Assembly (NCBI GenBank): GCA_947453375.1
Contig: CANGGT010000001.1
Span: 11,381 to 75,380, forward strand
Direction: 5' to 3'
Length of the DNA stretch: 64,000 nucleotides
Source: Planctomycetaceae bacterium
GTDB taxonomy: Bacteria; Planctomycetota; Planctomycetia; Pirellulales; UBA1268
This document shows positions 35,131 to 44,109 of the stretch, one piece after another. The first letter of the stretch is position 1, and every line of letters starts with the position of its first letter. The translations under genes and the position numbers were made by a program. The notes beneath the pieces were generated by a model. The model saw nothing but the letters and a program-made list of their open reading frames with translations. It was not told the origin of the DNA and made no database searches.

Positions 35131-35171
35131 GGGGGGTCGGACGGGAAACCGTCCGGCCCCCCCGTCTTTTT
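35131..35171 (+). terminator. Rho-independent terminator
   Basis: Stem ggggggtcggacgg / ccgtccggcccccc (one mismatch) with a gaaa loop, followed by gtcttttt. Confidence 0.65.
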
Positions 35172-35343
35172 GTCTTTTCCCCTTTCCGCACCGGCCCGAA
35201 GCGGCGTTGCTTCTCCGCCCCCGCAGAGGGAGAATCGGGGTCCTGCCGGATCCCTCCGCTGGGAACCCTGGACCGCGATCCCCGTCAAGCGATTCAGCCG
35301 GGGGATCCAGCCCCGGGTTTCACTCTCCAGGAGCCCCGCCCCG

Positions 35344-36042
35344 ATGCCCTCCGTCCATGCCAATCGTCGATCGAGCGCTGCCAGCGAGTCGCGCGGCCGG
35401 CCGATTGTTTTCGCCAGTCTCCTCCTGGCCCTTCTCCTCGGGCTCATCTCGGCCGGCGCCTGGTGGGGGGGATGGTTCGGCGCCAAGGAGGATCCGCGGC
35501 TCACCGAGGTGAAGACCGTGATGGCAGATGCGGCGGCGAAGTATCCGCCCGATCAAGCCCCCAAGAACATGCTCGAAACCGCCGCCCGGGTCGGGACGAT
35601 GGTGAGCGTCATGGCGAAGATCCAGGCGCTTCCGGAAGACCTCCGTCCGAAGGCGATGGAGGAAGGGCGGAAGCTGATGATGAAGGGGATGGAGGCGCGG
35701 GTCGACTCCTACTTCGCCGCCCCGCCGGATCAGCGTCAGAAGCTCATCGACGACCAGCTCAAGCAAATGCAATCGATGCAGAAGGCCTTCGAGGGGAGCC
35801 GATCGATGTTCCAAGGTCTCGGCGGAGGCCAGGGGGGCGGCGGGGGCGGCGGCGGCAACCAACAGGCAGCCGGTGGGCCGGGGCCACGTTCCGAGGAGGA
35901 TCGCAGCGCCTGGCGGAAGCGGATGATCGACGGATCGTCCCCGAGCCAGCGGGCCCGCTGGACCGAATACTTCGGCGAGGTCGAGAAGCGTCGCCAAGCC
36001 CTCGGCATGGGTGGCGGCGGCGGGCCGTTCGGACCACGTTGA
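35344..36042 (+). CDS. Hypothetical N-terminally anchored protein with a Gly-run
   Basis: Start at ATG 35344 (AGGAG at 35329-35333) within track ORF 35170..36042. It has a TM segment IVFASLLLALLLGLISAGAWW, K/E/M/Q-rich helical regions and GLGGGQGGGGGGGGNQQ. I recognise no family. Confidence 0.6.
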   Translation: MPSVHANRRSSAASESRGRPIVFASLLLALLLGLISAGAWWGGWFGAKEDPRLTEVKTVMADAAAKYPPDQAPKNMLETAARVGTMVSVMAKIQALPEDLRPKAMEEGRKLMMKGMEARVDSYFAAPPDQRQKLIDDQLKQMQSMQKAFEGSRSMFQGLGGGQGGGGGGGGNQQAAGGPGPRSEEDRSAWRKRMIDGSSPSQRARWTEYFGEVEKRRQALGMGGGGGPFGPR

Positions 36043-36082
36043 GGAGGATCACTCCCGGCGACCACGACGAAGGATCCCCCAC

Positions 36083-36544
36083 ATGCAACACTGGCTGCTC
36101 AAGAGCGAACCGGACTGCTTCTCGATCGACGCTCTCCGCAAGGCGAAGAAACAGACGACCTGCTGGGACGGCGTGCGGAACTACCAGGCCCGCAACTTCC
36201 TCCGCGCGATGAAAGTCGGTGATCGCGCCTTCTTCTACCACTCCAGCTGCGATCCCCCGGCGGTCGTCGGGGTCGTCGAGATCGTCCGCGAGGCCTATCC
36301 CGACTCGAGCGCCTGGAATCCCGACGACGACCACTACGATCCCAAGGCTTCCCCCGAGAATCCGGTCTGGTCGATGGTCGACGTGAAGCTCGTCGAGGTC
36401 TTTCCGCGGCCGGTTCCGCTCGACGAACTCCGGGGCGTGAAGGCCCTGGCCGGCCTGGAACTCCTCCGCCGCGGCAGTCGGCTCTCGGTCCATCCCGTGA
36501 CGGCGGCCGAGTTCCGCACGATCGAGCAGCTCGGCTGCGGGTGA
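36083..36544 (+). CDS. EVE (PUA-like) domain protein
   Basis: Start at ATG 36083 within track ORF 36011..36544. Motifs: MQHWLLKSEPDCFSIDAL, WDGVRNYQARNFLR, GDRAFFYHS. Confidence 0.85.
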   Translation: MQHWLLKSEPDCFSIDALRKAKKQTTCWDGVRNYQARNFLRAMKVGDRAFFYHSSCDPPAVVGVVEIVREAYPDSSAWNPDDDHYDPKASPENPVWSMVDVKLVEVFPRPVPLDELRGVKALAGLELLRRGSRLSVHPVTAAEFRTIEQLGCG

Positions 36545-36595
36545 TGTCGGTGGACGGCCCATCCCCACGCCGGCCGGCATGGCCATAATGTCGGC

Positions 36596-37810
36596 ATGAC
36601 CTGCCGCCCGCCATTCACCGCTCCCCAGCGCCCCGCTGCCATCGCCGGGCTCCCGGAGCCCCTGGCCTGGATCGACGCGGGGCTCGAGAGCCTCCGTCGC
36701 GACGGCCTCGAGCGGCCCCGGCGTATCCGTGCAGGGCGGCAGGGGAGGGTGGTCGAGCTCGACGGCCGGGCGCTTCTCAACTTCGGCTCCAACGACTACC
36801 TCGGGCTGGCTGGCGATGTCCGGCTGACGAAGGCCGCCTCGAGGGCTGCGTGCGCCGAGGGCTTCGGCTCGGGGGCGAGCCCGCTGGTGAGCGGCCACTC
36901 CTCCATCCACGCGGCCCTCGAGGCGGCACTCGCGGATCTCCTCGGCACCGGCGACGCGCTCCTCTTTCCGTCGGGATTCGCCGCCAACGCTGCCACGATC
37001 GCGGCGCTCGTCGGCCCCGGCGATGTCGTTTTCAGCGACGAGCGCAATCACGCGAGCATCATCGATGGCTGTCGGCTGTCGCGCGCGGCGGTGGCCGTCT
37101 TCCCCCACCGCGATGTCGCCACCCTCGACCGGCTCCTGACCGCCGCGACGGGACGCCGGCGGCTGATCGTCACCGACAGCCTGTTCTCGATGGATGGCAC
37201 GATCGCGCCGCTTTCCGATCTCGCCGCCGTCGCATTCCGCCACGGCGCCATCCTCATGGTCGACGAGGCCCATGCCACCGGCGTGTTCGGAACGCGCGGA
37301 AGCGGCCTGGTCGAGGCGAGTGGCACCGCAGACGGCGTTCACGTCCGCGTCGGCACGCTCTCGAAGGCGCTGGGGTCGGCCGGAGGCTTCGTCGCCGGCC
37401 ACCCGCGCCTCGTCGACTGGCTGCGACACTCCGCGCGGGCCTGGGTCTTCTCCACAGCCCACCCCCCCGCCGTGGCCGGCGCGGCGCTGTGCGCGGTGGA
37501 GTTCCTCGCAACCGAGCCCCATCGTCGCACCACGCTCCTCGGAAGGGCGACGGCGTTCCGCGATCGGCTCCGGGCCGCCGGCCTCGATCTCGGCGATGCG
37601 GCCGCCCAGATCGTGCCGGTGATCGTGGGGAGCGCTGACGGCGCGGTCGCGCTGGCGGCGCGGCTCGCCGACGACGGCCTGTTCGTCCCGGCCATCCGTC
37701 CGCCGAGCGTCCCGTCCGGGGGGAGCCTCGTCCGCGCGAGCCTCGCCTGCCCTCACACCGACGCCGATCTCGATCGCCTTGCCCGCGCCCTCACCGAGGG
37801 CCAGGGATGA
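36596..37810 (+). CDS. bioF: 8-amino-7-oxononanoate synthase
   Basis: 404-aa track ORF. Motifs: NFGSNDYLGL, SLFSMDGTIAPL, VDEAHATG and the PLP-lysine block GTLSKALG. Confidence 0.9.
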   Translation: MTCRPPFTAPQRPAAIAGLPEPLAWIDAGLESLRRDGLERPRRIRAGRQGRVVELDGRALLNFGSNDYLGLAGDVRLTKAASRAACAEGFGSGASPLVSGHSSIHAALEAALADLLGTGDALLFPSGFAANAATIAALVGPGDVVFSDERNHASIIDGCRLSRAAVAVFPHRDVATLDRLLTAATGRRRLIVTDSLFSMDGTIAPLSDLAAVAFRHGAILMVDEAHATGVFGTRGSGLVEASGTADGVHVRVGTLSKALGSAGGFVAGHPRLVDWLRHSARAWVFSTAHPPAVAGAALCAVEFLATEPHRRTTLLGRATAFRDRLRAAGLDLGDAAAQIVPVIVGSADGAVALAARLADDGLFVPAIRPPSVPSGGSLVRASLACPHTDADLDRLARALTEGQG

Positions 37811-39165
37811 GCGGTCAGGGAGCCGTCGACGACGGGTGGTGCGTCATCGGCGCGGGCCCCTCGGGCCTGACGGCGCTCAAGAATCTCCTCGCGCTCGGGA
37901 TCCGCGCCGTCTGCCTCGAACGGGAGGACGACATCGGCGGCAACTGGTATTTCGGCTCCGGTGCCTCGGCAGTGTTCGCATCGACGCGGCTGATCAGTTC
38001 GAAATCGCTCACCGCCTTCACCGACTTTCCGATGCCGCGGCAGTGGCCCGCCTACCCCGACCACGCTCGCTGCCTCGCCTATCTCCGCGCCTACGCCGAC
38101 CACTTCGCGCTCCGGCCCCACATCCGCACGCACGCTCCGGTCGAGGCCGTCACGCCCCGCCCTGGGGGCGGCTGGACGGTCTCGAGCGGCGACGGATCGA
38201 TCGTGTGTCGCGGCCTCGTGATCGCCAACGGCCACAACCACACCCCGCGCTGGCCCGAGATTCCCGGGAGCTTCGCCGGGCCGTTCCTCCACGCCTGTCA
38301 GTACAAGTCGCCGGTCGATCCGGTGGCGATCGCGGGAAAACGCGTCCTCGTCATCGGCGGGGGCAACTCCGGCAGCGACATCGCCGTGGAGTGCTCCCGG
38401 CACGCCGCCCGCACCGTCCACTCGACGCGCCGCGGCTACCATGTCGTGCCGCGATTCATCATGGGCCGCCCCTCCGATGTCCGCGGCGAGCGGCTCCTGG
38501 CGATGGGAGCGCCGGCATGGCTGCGCCGCTTCGTGAGCCTCCGCGCCATCGACCGAGCGATCGGTCTTTCCTGGAAACACGGGCTCCCCCGCCCCGATCA
38601 CCGGCTCTGGGACAGCCATCCGGTGATCAACTCGGAGATCCTCGGCCGGATCGACTCTGGCGCCCTCGTGCCGCGCGGCGACGTGCGCCTTTTGAAAGGC
38701 GACGTGGCGACGTTTGCCGACGGCTCGCGGGAATCGTTCGATGTCGTGATCTGCGCCACCGGCTACGTCCTCTCCCTGCCCTTCATCGACTCCGCCCACC
38801 TCCATCCCATCGACGGCGCCCCGCGGCTCTTCCTCCACACGCTCCATCCCACGCGTGACGACATTGCCGTCTGCGGACTGATCCAGCCCGACAGCGGTCA
38901 ATGGGGCCTCACCGATCTCCAGGGGCAGCTCATCGCCCGGATGGCCCTGGCAACGGAGCGTTCGCCCCACGCCGCGGCGTTCCTCCATCGCAAGCGGAGC
39001 CGACCGGGCGACGGCATTCCCCGCCCCGCCGGCATCGACTACGTCGACAGCCCACGGCACCGCTTCGAGGTCGAGCACCACGCCTACCGTCGCCGCCTGG
39101 AAGCGCTGATCGCCGCCACTGACCGGAGGCTCCGCCGCGACGGCGCCCTGCGGTCAGGGATCTGA
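37807..39165 (+). CDS. Flavin-containing monooxygenase (FMO/BVMO-like)
   Basis: 452-aa track ORF with an ATGA overlap with bioF. It has the FAD GxGxxG (VIGAGPSGL), the FMO motif FAGPFLHACQY (FxGxxxHxxxY) and the NADPH GxGxxG (VIGGGNSGSD). Confidence 0.85.
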   Translation: MSGQGAVDDGWCVIGAGPSGLTALKNLLALGIRAVCLEREDDIGGNWYFGSGASAVFASTRLISSKSLTAFTDFPMPRQWPAYPDHARCLAYLRAYADHFALRPHIRTHAPVEAVTPRPGGGWTVSSGDGSIVCRGLVIANGHNHTPRWPEIPGSFAGPFLHACQYKSPVDPVAIAGKRVLVIGGGNSGSDIAVECSRHAARTVHSTRRGYHVVPRFIMGRPSDVRGERLLAMGAPAWLRRFVSLRAIDRAIGLSWKHGLPRPDHRLWDSHPVINSEILGRIDSGALVPRGDVRLLKGDVATFADGSRESFDVVICATGYVLSLPFIDSAHLHPIDGAPRLFLHTLHPTRDDIAVCGLIQPDSGQWGLTDLQGQLIARMALATERSPHAAAFLHRKRSRPGDGIPRPAGIDYVDSPRHRFEVEHHAYRRRLEALIAATDRRLRRDGALRSGI

Positions 39166-39238
39166 TCGGCCCCTTGCCGAAGCGATCGCCGCGGAGGGCG
39201 ACGTTGGGCCGCTCGGCGAACCGCGTCACGGTCCGGTT

Positions 39239-42200
39239 TCAGCCCGCCGGGAACGAAAGAGGTGCATCGGGCGCCGCTGCCGGGGGAAGTGGCGGCAGAA
39301 CCGGCGCGGCCGGTGCCTGAGGCGCGGGGCGCGGCGGGAGCGCGGGGGCCGCAGGGGGGGGATTGCCGAACAGTTCCTCGAGCCCCTCGAGGCCCCGTTC
39401 GAAGCCGTCCTTGATGATCCCCTCGGCGGTGTTGTCGACGATCCGGGCGATGAGGCCGTCGATGGCGCCGGCGTCGAATTGCGGCCGATCGGACGTTCCC
39501 TTGAGCGGGATCACCAGCGGTGTCCGGAGGAGCTTGGCCAGCCGCGGCGCACCGGCGACGAGGTCGCCACGGAAGCCGATCTCGACCACCATCGCAAGCG
39601 ATCCGTCGGCCCCCACGCTCCCGGCGGAGCGGAGCATGAGCTGACCCATGTCCATGACGAGGCCGTCGTGCCAGGCACGCCCCGCGGCGAGCCGGACGCG
39701 AACCGGCTCGGAGCGGACACGGAGGAGAACCGCCTTGTCGCCGAACGCGAACCGCGGATCGATGACCGCCTGGAGCTTGGCGACGAGATTCGCCAGCGGC
39801 GCCATCAGCGGCCCCGGGGTCACCTCGAGATTCTCAAACACCATCTCCCCGGCGGCATCCCCGGCCCAGGGATCGGAAAGCGGCAGCCGGGCCCCCGCCA
39901 CGTCGACGCTCACCACCCCCTGCGTCCGCATCGAGCGGCCGACGATCGGAAACATCCAGTTCATCCACCGGTCGGCGAGCGGCCCGGCGAGCACCATCCG
40001 CTCGACGAGCCTCCCCTTCGGCACGACGAGCTCGCCGGGGCCGGGAAGGAGTTGCACCCACGGCGCGCCGCGGAGCCGGCCGCCACCGAAGCCGACGTCG
40101 AACGGCCCGAGGGCCAACTGCCCCTCGAAGAGCCGCAGCGGCGTCTCGCCGGCCTCGAGCTGCATCCCCTCGAGGGCCCCTGTGGCCCAGGTGGTCGACG
40201 TGTCGATCGACAGGCTCCGCAGCCACGCGGCCGTCTCGTTGCGCGCTGCAGGCTGGAGCGACACCGGCAGCGCCGCCCGCACCGGCCTCTCGGGATCGGC
40301 CTCACGCACCCCGCCACGGACATTCGCCAGCCAGTTCTCCGGGAGAGGAACTTCCGTCGTCGCCGGGTCGTCGCTCGCCGCGACCACCGACGTGTCGGCG
40401 CCCGTGCGTCCCCCGGGGGTTACGCCATCGAGGACGAGCCGGATCAGCGGCTCGACCGGCGCCCGCAGGGCGAAGGGCCGGGCCGCGCCTCCGGCGAGAT
40501 CGAGCCTGCCTCCCGTCCAGGGGAGGAGGAGCCGCGAGAGCATGCCCCAGTCGTAGTTGAGCGTGCCGCCAACATCGAGGAGCGGGCGCGACGAGCAGTC
40601 ATGGACCGTTCCCACGGCCGCCGCCGCCACCGTCGACGACTCGAGCACGAGGCGATTAATGGCCACGGCATCGCCGACCGGAGCGCGGGTGAGCTCGACG
40701 AGGAGTCGGGCCCGTGGTTCCGCCCACACCTCGCGCGCCGCCGCTCCCATGGGATCGATCGGCGCCGTCGACCGCGGGTCTGCGGTGGTCGAGAGGGTGA
40801 GTTGGTTGCCGGTGGCATCGACGAGGAGATTGAGCCCCGCCGGCGTCTCCTGGAGATCGATCGTTCCCCACACGCGCCCCGCCGCCGGCCAGCGATCGAC
40901 GGTCACCGGATCGACAATCCACGACGCCGTCCTCCCGATATCGCACTGCCACTGGACGCGTCCACGGCAGCGGCCCGGATCATCCCAGGGCCGCCGGGCC
41001 CCGCTCGCCGCCGGCCGGTCGGATGGCGGAGGGAGGATTGTCAGTCCACCGGTGCGGAGCGAGAGGCTCGCCGTCAGCACCTCGGCGGAGGAGATGTCGA
41101 CCCTGCCGCTCGTCGCATCGATCGTGCCGGCCGCCGTGGCGACCAATCTCGGCTCGACGATTCGCCCACGGTCGATTTCGAGTTCCTCGACTTCCGCTCC
41201 AGCGCGCGTCACTTGCCACAACTCGCCGTGGGCCGCAAGCGATGCCGAGGCCTCCACCGTGCCGCCGAGCCGCGTCGCCGGGAGGGCCGCATCCCCGAGG
41301 AGCGCCACGAGCCGCGCCTGCCAGCGGGCCAGATCCCCCTGCAGCGACCAATCGACCGAGATTCCCGTCGACGTCGGCGCCGGCCGCAGCCATGTTCCGC
41401 CCCGCCGCGCCAGGCCGATCAATGACGGCAGGAGCGAAGGATCGACCAGCGCCCCGCCGGCCACGGTCACTTCAAGGCGGTCGCCGGCCGCGGCGCACTC
41501 CGAGCGCGCCGTGTCGATGACCATCGTGCCATCGGCCACCGAGCCGGCCGCCGAGGCGTCGATCGTGATCTCCTCGTCGATCCAGTCGGGCCGACCGGCC
41601 ACGAGCCACCGGAAGCCGGTCACGCTGCCAGTGAGCGAGGCGGTCGCCGCGCCGTTGGCCGGCGCCCGCTCGAGCGTGGCCCGACCACGCGTCGTCCCGG
41701 CGAGATCGACACCATGAAGATCGAGGATCTCGCCGGCATCCGCGACCAGACGCCCGAGATCGGCGGTCCACTGGAGGTCGGATGACTCGGTCGTGCCCGA
41801 CGCCGACACCTCGAAGGCCGACGTCGCCAAACGCGCCTCCTCCACCCGGAGCCGATCGCCGCGTCCGGCTCCCCGCCGCGAGCGCAGCCAGCCGACGAAA
41901 GGCTCCGGCCAGCGCAGTTGCCGAGTGCCCTGGGTGACCTCCAGATCCCGCGCTCCGACGCGAACCTCGAGGACACGCTCCGTCCCCTCGGCCCGTCCGG
42001 CCGCGGCGATCTGCAACTGTCCTCCGGCGACCCGGACATCGGGACGGACATGCAATCCGCCACTGACGCTCCGCGACGCTGCAGCGAGGTCGATGTCGAC
42101 GGCCAGCGCGAAGTCGTCGCCGATGAGCATCTCTGCCCACTCCCAGGCAGTCCCCTGGGGCAGACCGATCCGCCCCGATGCCTCTGCCCGGAACAGGGGC

Positions 42201-43282
42201 GACTCGATCCGGCAATCCCGGAGCGTGACGGTCGTCCCGTCCATCGAGACGTCGAGGGGCGCTTCCCAACGGTCGAGGGCCACCAGTCGCTCGAGCGTGT
42301 CGGCGCGGCAGACGGCGAGCCGGGCGCCGTCGATGCGCCCGGCGACACGCAGCCCGTGGCCTGCAGCGCTGCCGGCAGGAAGTTGGATGTCGAGACGGAC
42401 GTCGGCCGTCCCCTCGAGCACGCGCGGAAGATCGAATCTCGCGGCAACGACCCTGGTGAGATCGAGCGGCACCCCGTTGCCCGCCACGGCCAGCGCGCGG
42501 GGCGTCGGCACGCCGGGGTCGTTCGGGGAGGAGATCGACCAGCCGCCGGCCCGCGCCAGGCTCGCGGTGGCCGCGGTAACGATCGTCGTCCGGTCGAGCC
42601 GCGACGGTGCGGGTGCGTCCTTCGGCCCGGTCGGCGGCGTGGCGAAGGCTGCCGCGAGATCGCGCTTTGGCGCCCCGGTGTGCACGACCCGTCCGGCAAG
42701 CGTCCATCCCGCCAGCGTCGCCCCGGGCCGGAGGCTGCCGGCCGCGATCAGTTCCGTGATCCGCCAGGCGTCGTCCCGTTCGGCATCGACGACTTCGACC
42801 GAGGCATCGACGACTTCGAGTTCGAGCGACGGAGTCGTTTCGGCCCGCGAGGCCGCCGCGATCCAGGGGGCGAGAATATCCTCGAAGCCACTCCCTCCGC
42901 GGCGCACCTCGACCAGCGCTTCTCCTCCGACCAGCCGCACCGTCCCCAGATCGCTGCGGTCGACGAGGAGTTGCAACAGTCCGCGGTCGAGGATCATCCG
43001 CCGCGCGGCAGCCACCGGTCGGCCACCGCGGTCGACGAGCATGACGTCGCGGTACTCGATCGCCCCGAGCCAATTCCAGGTGGCGGCCCGGCTCGAGATT
43101 CCCCCGTCGATGCCGGCGAGCGCGAGCGTCAGCGGCCAATCGCGCAGCGGCGTCCTCACCGCCGCGACCGGCGCGAACCAGACCGCAGCGCCGATCGCCG
43201 CCAGGACCACCACCCAGCGGAGGGCCCGGCGGCCCCGCGGGCGCCCGTCAGCCTCATGCGCTCGGGTGTTTCGCGTCGCCAT
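39239..43282 (-). CDS. Giant N-terminally anchored envelope protein (AsmA/TamB-like architecture, tentative)
   Basis: 1347-aa track ORF starting at ATG 43282. It has a basic N-terminus, a single TM (LRWVVVLAAIGAAVWFAPVAAV), a long A/G/V/T/D/R-rich body and a Pro-rich tail (PPPAAPALPPRPAPQAPAAPVLPPLPPAAAP). Other long ORFs across 39.4-44.4 kb are shadows. Confidence 0.7.
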   Translation of the reverse strand: MATRNTRAHEADGRPRGRRALRWVVVLAAIGAAVWFAPVAAVRTPLRDWPLTLALAGIDGGISSRAATWNWLGAIEYRDVMLVDRGGRPVAAARRMILDRGLLQLLVDRSDLGTVRLVGGEALVEVRRGGSGFEDILAPWIAAASRAETTPSLELEVVDASVEVVDAERDDAWRITELIAAGSLRPGATLAGWTLAGRVVHTGAPKRDLAAAFATPPTGPKDAPAPSRLDRTTIVTAATASLARAGGWSISSPNDPGVPTPRALAVAGNGVPLDLTRVVAARFDLPRVLEGTADVRLDIQLPAGSAAGHGLRVAGRIDGARLAVCRADTLERLVALDRWEAPLDVSMDGTTVTLRDCRIESPLFRAEASGRIGLPQGTAWEWAEMLIGDDFALAVDIDLAAASRSVSGGLHVRPDVRVAGGQLQIAAAGRAEGTERVLEVRVGARDLEVTQGTRQLRWPEPFVGWLRSRRGAGRGDRLRVEEARLATSAFEVSASGTTESSDLQWTADLGRLVADAGEILDLHGVDLAGTTRGRATLERAPANGAATASLTGSVTGFRWLVAGRPDWIDEEITIDASAAGSVADGTMVIDTARSECAAAGDRLEVTVAGGALVDPSLLPSLIGLARRGGTWLRPAPTSTGISVDWSLQGDLARWQARLVALLGDAALPATRLGGTVEASASLAAHGELWQVTRAGAEVEELEIDRGRIVEPRLVATAAGTIDATSGRVDISSAEVLTASLSLRTGGLTILPPPSDRPAASGARRPWDDPGRCRGRVQWQCDIGRTASWIVDPVTVDRWPAAGRVWGTIDLQETPAGLNLLVDATGNQLTLSTTADPRSTAPIDPMGAAAREVWAEPRARLLVELTRAPVGDAVAINRLVLESSTVAAAAVGTVHDCSSRPLLDVGGTLNYDWGMLSRLLLPWTGGRLDLAGGAARPFALRAPVEPLIRLVLDGVTPGGRTGADTSVVAASDDPATTEVPLPENWLANVRGGVREADPERPVRAALPVSLQPAARNETAAWLRSLSIDTSTTWATGALEGMQLEAGETPLRLFEGQLALGPFDVGFGGGRLRGAPWVQLLPGPGELVVPKGRLVERMVLAGPLADRWMNWMFPIVGRSMRTQGVVSVDVAGARLPLSDPWAGDAAGEMVFENLEVTPGPLMAPLANLVAKLQAVIDPRFAFGDKAVLLRVRSEPVRVRLAAGRAWHDGLVMDMGQLMLRSAGSVGADGSLAMVVEIGFRGDLVAGAPRLAKLLRTPLVIPLKGTSDRPQFDAGAIDGLIARIVDNTAEGIIKDGFERGLEGLEELFGNPPPAAPALPPRPAPQAPAAPVLPPLPPAAAPDAPLSFPAG

Positions 43283-43321
43283 GGGGGGGAGTATAGGAGT
43301 GCCCCCCTGGTTTCCCGTAGG

Positions 43322-43984
43322 TCAGCTTTCCCCCTCGATTGCCAGGAAATCCCCCAAGTCCTCCAAGTCCCGTGGCGTGTCGAGGTCGCGGAAGCTCTGC
43401 AACCCCGGATCGACCGGGCGGAATCTCTCTTCAGGAATGACGATCGCCCTGCCCGCCTTGGCGAGGCTTTCCAGAAGCGACCGCGGACCGCGCCGGCCGG
43501 CCGCGAGATGGGCCTCGATCGCCTCCAAGGCCGCCGGCCGCATCGCCGACACGAGCCCCTGAAGATGGCCACCCACCTCCGGCACCACCCACAGCGGCGC
43601 TCCCGCCCCGCCCATCAGCCCCCCGCGCAAGACCCTGAGGACCTCCGGACTGACCAGCGGCACGTCGCACGACACGACAAGCACCGCCGCCGCGTCACCG
43701 CCGAGGGCCCGCAGCCCATCGGCGATCCCCGCCAAAGGCCCTGTCCCAGGGGCGCTGTCACGCACCACCTCAACGTCGATCGGCAGGGCAGGAACGACCT
43801 GCCCCGGCGCCGCCACGACGACGATCCTCCGCGCCACCCGCCCCACCCGGCCACAGACCCGTTCGAGGAGCGTCGCGCCGGCGAGCACGAGGCCGGCCTT
43901 GCCGCCGGGGGGGACGATCCCGGCGCTCGCCAATCGCGACGAACGTCCGCCGGCGAGCACGATCGCAGCTGTCGAGTCGATCAT
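43322..43984 (-). CDS. mobA: Molybdenum cofactor guanylyltransferase
   Basis: Start at ATG 43984 within track ORF 43322..44089(-). Motifs: AIVLAGGRSSRL, GTGPLAGI, VVSCDVPLV. Confidence 0.85.
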   Translation of the reverse strand: MIDSTAAIVLAGGRSSRLASAGIVPPGGKAGLVLAGATLLERVCGRVGRVARRIVVVAAPGQVVPALPIDVEVVRDSAPGTGPLAGIADGLRALGGDAAAVLVVSCDVPLVSPEVLRVLRGGLMGGAGAPLWVVPEVGGHLQGLVSAMRPAALEAIEAHLAAGRRGPRSLLESLAKAGRAIVIPEERFRPVDPGLQSFRDLDTPRDLEDLGDFLAIEGES

Positions 43985-44109
43985 CGCCCCGCTCCATCCA
44001 TCCGGCATCCACATCGATCGAGCCACGGAGACGAGTCTATACTTCCCGCCGCGCGGGCTCGTCCCGGCGCCTCTTGTCCTGCCGCCCACCGTTCGCCGGA
44101 GATCGCCCC

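Noticed and set aside
31070-35504. Two very long minus-strand ORFs (701 aa and 733 aa) opposite the Cys-rich and YTV genes.
   Set aside because: They are Arg/Gly/His/Leu-rich, and their repeats merely mirror the YTV repeats of the plus strand. They have no SD or start context. The plus-strand genes have SD sequences, signal peptides and terminators.
35759-37756. 665-aa minus-strand ORF.
   Set aside because: It is antisense to the hypothetical, EVE and bioF genes, and bioF carries unambiguous PLP-enzyme motifs on the plus strand.
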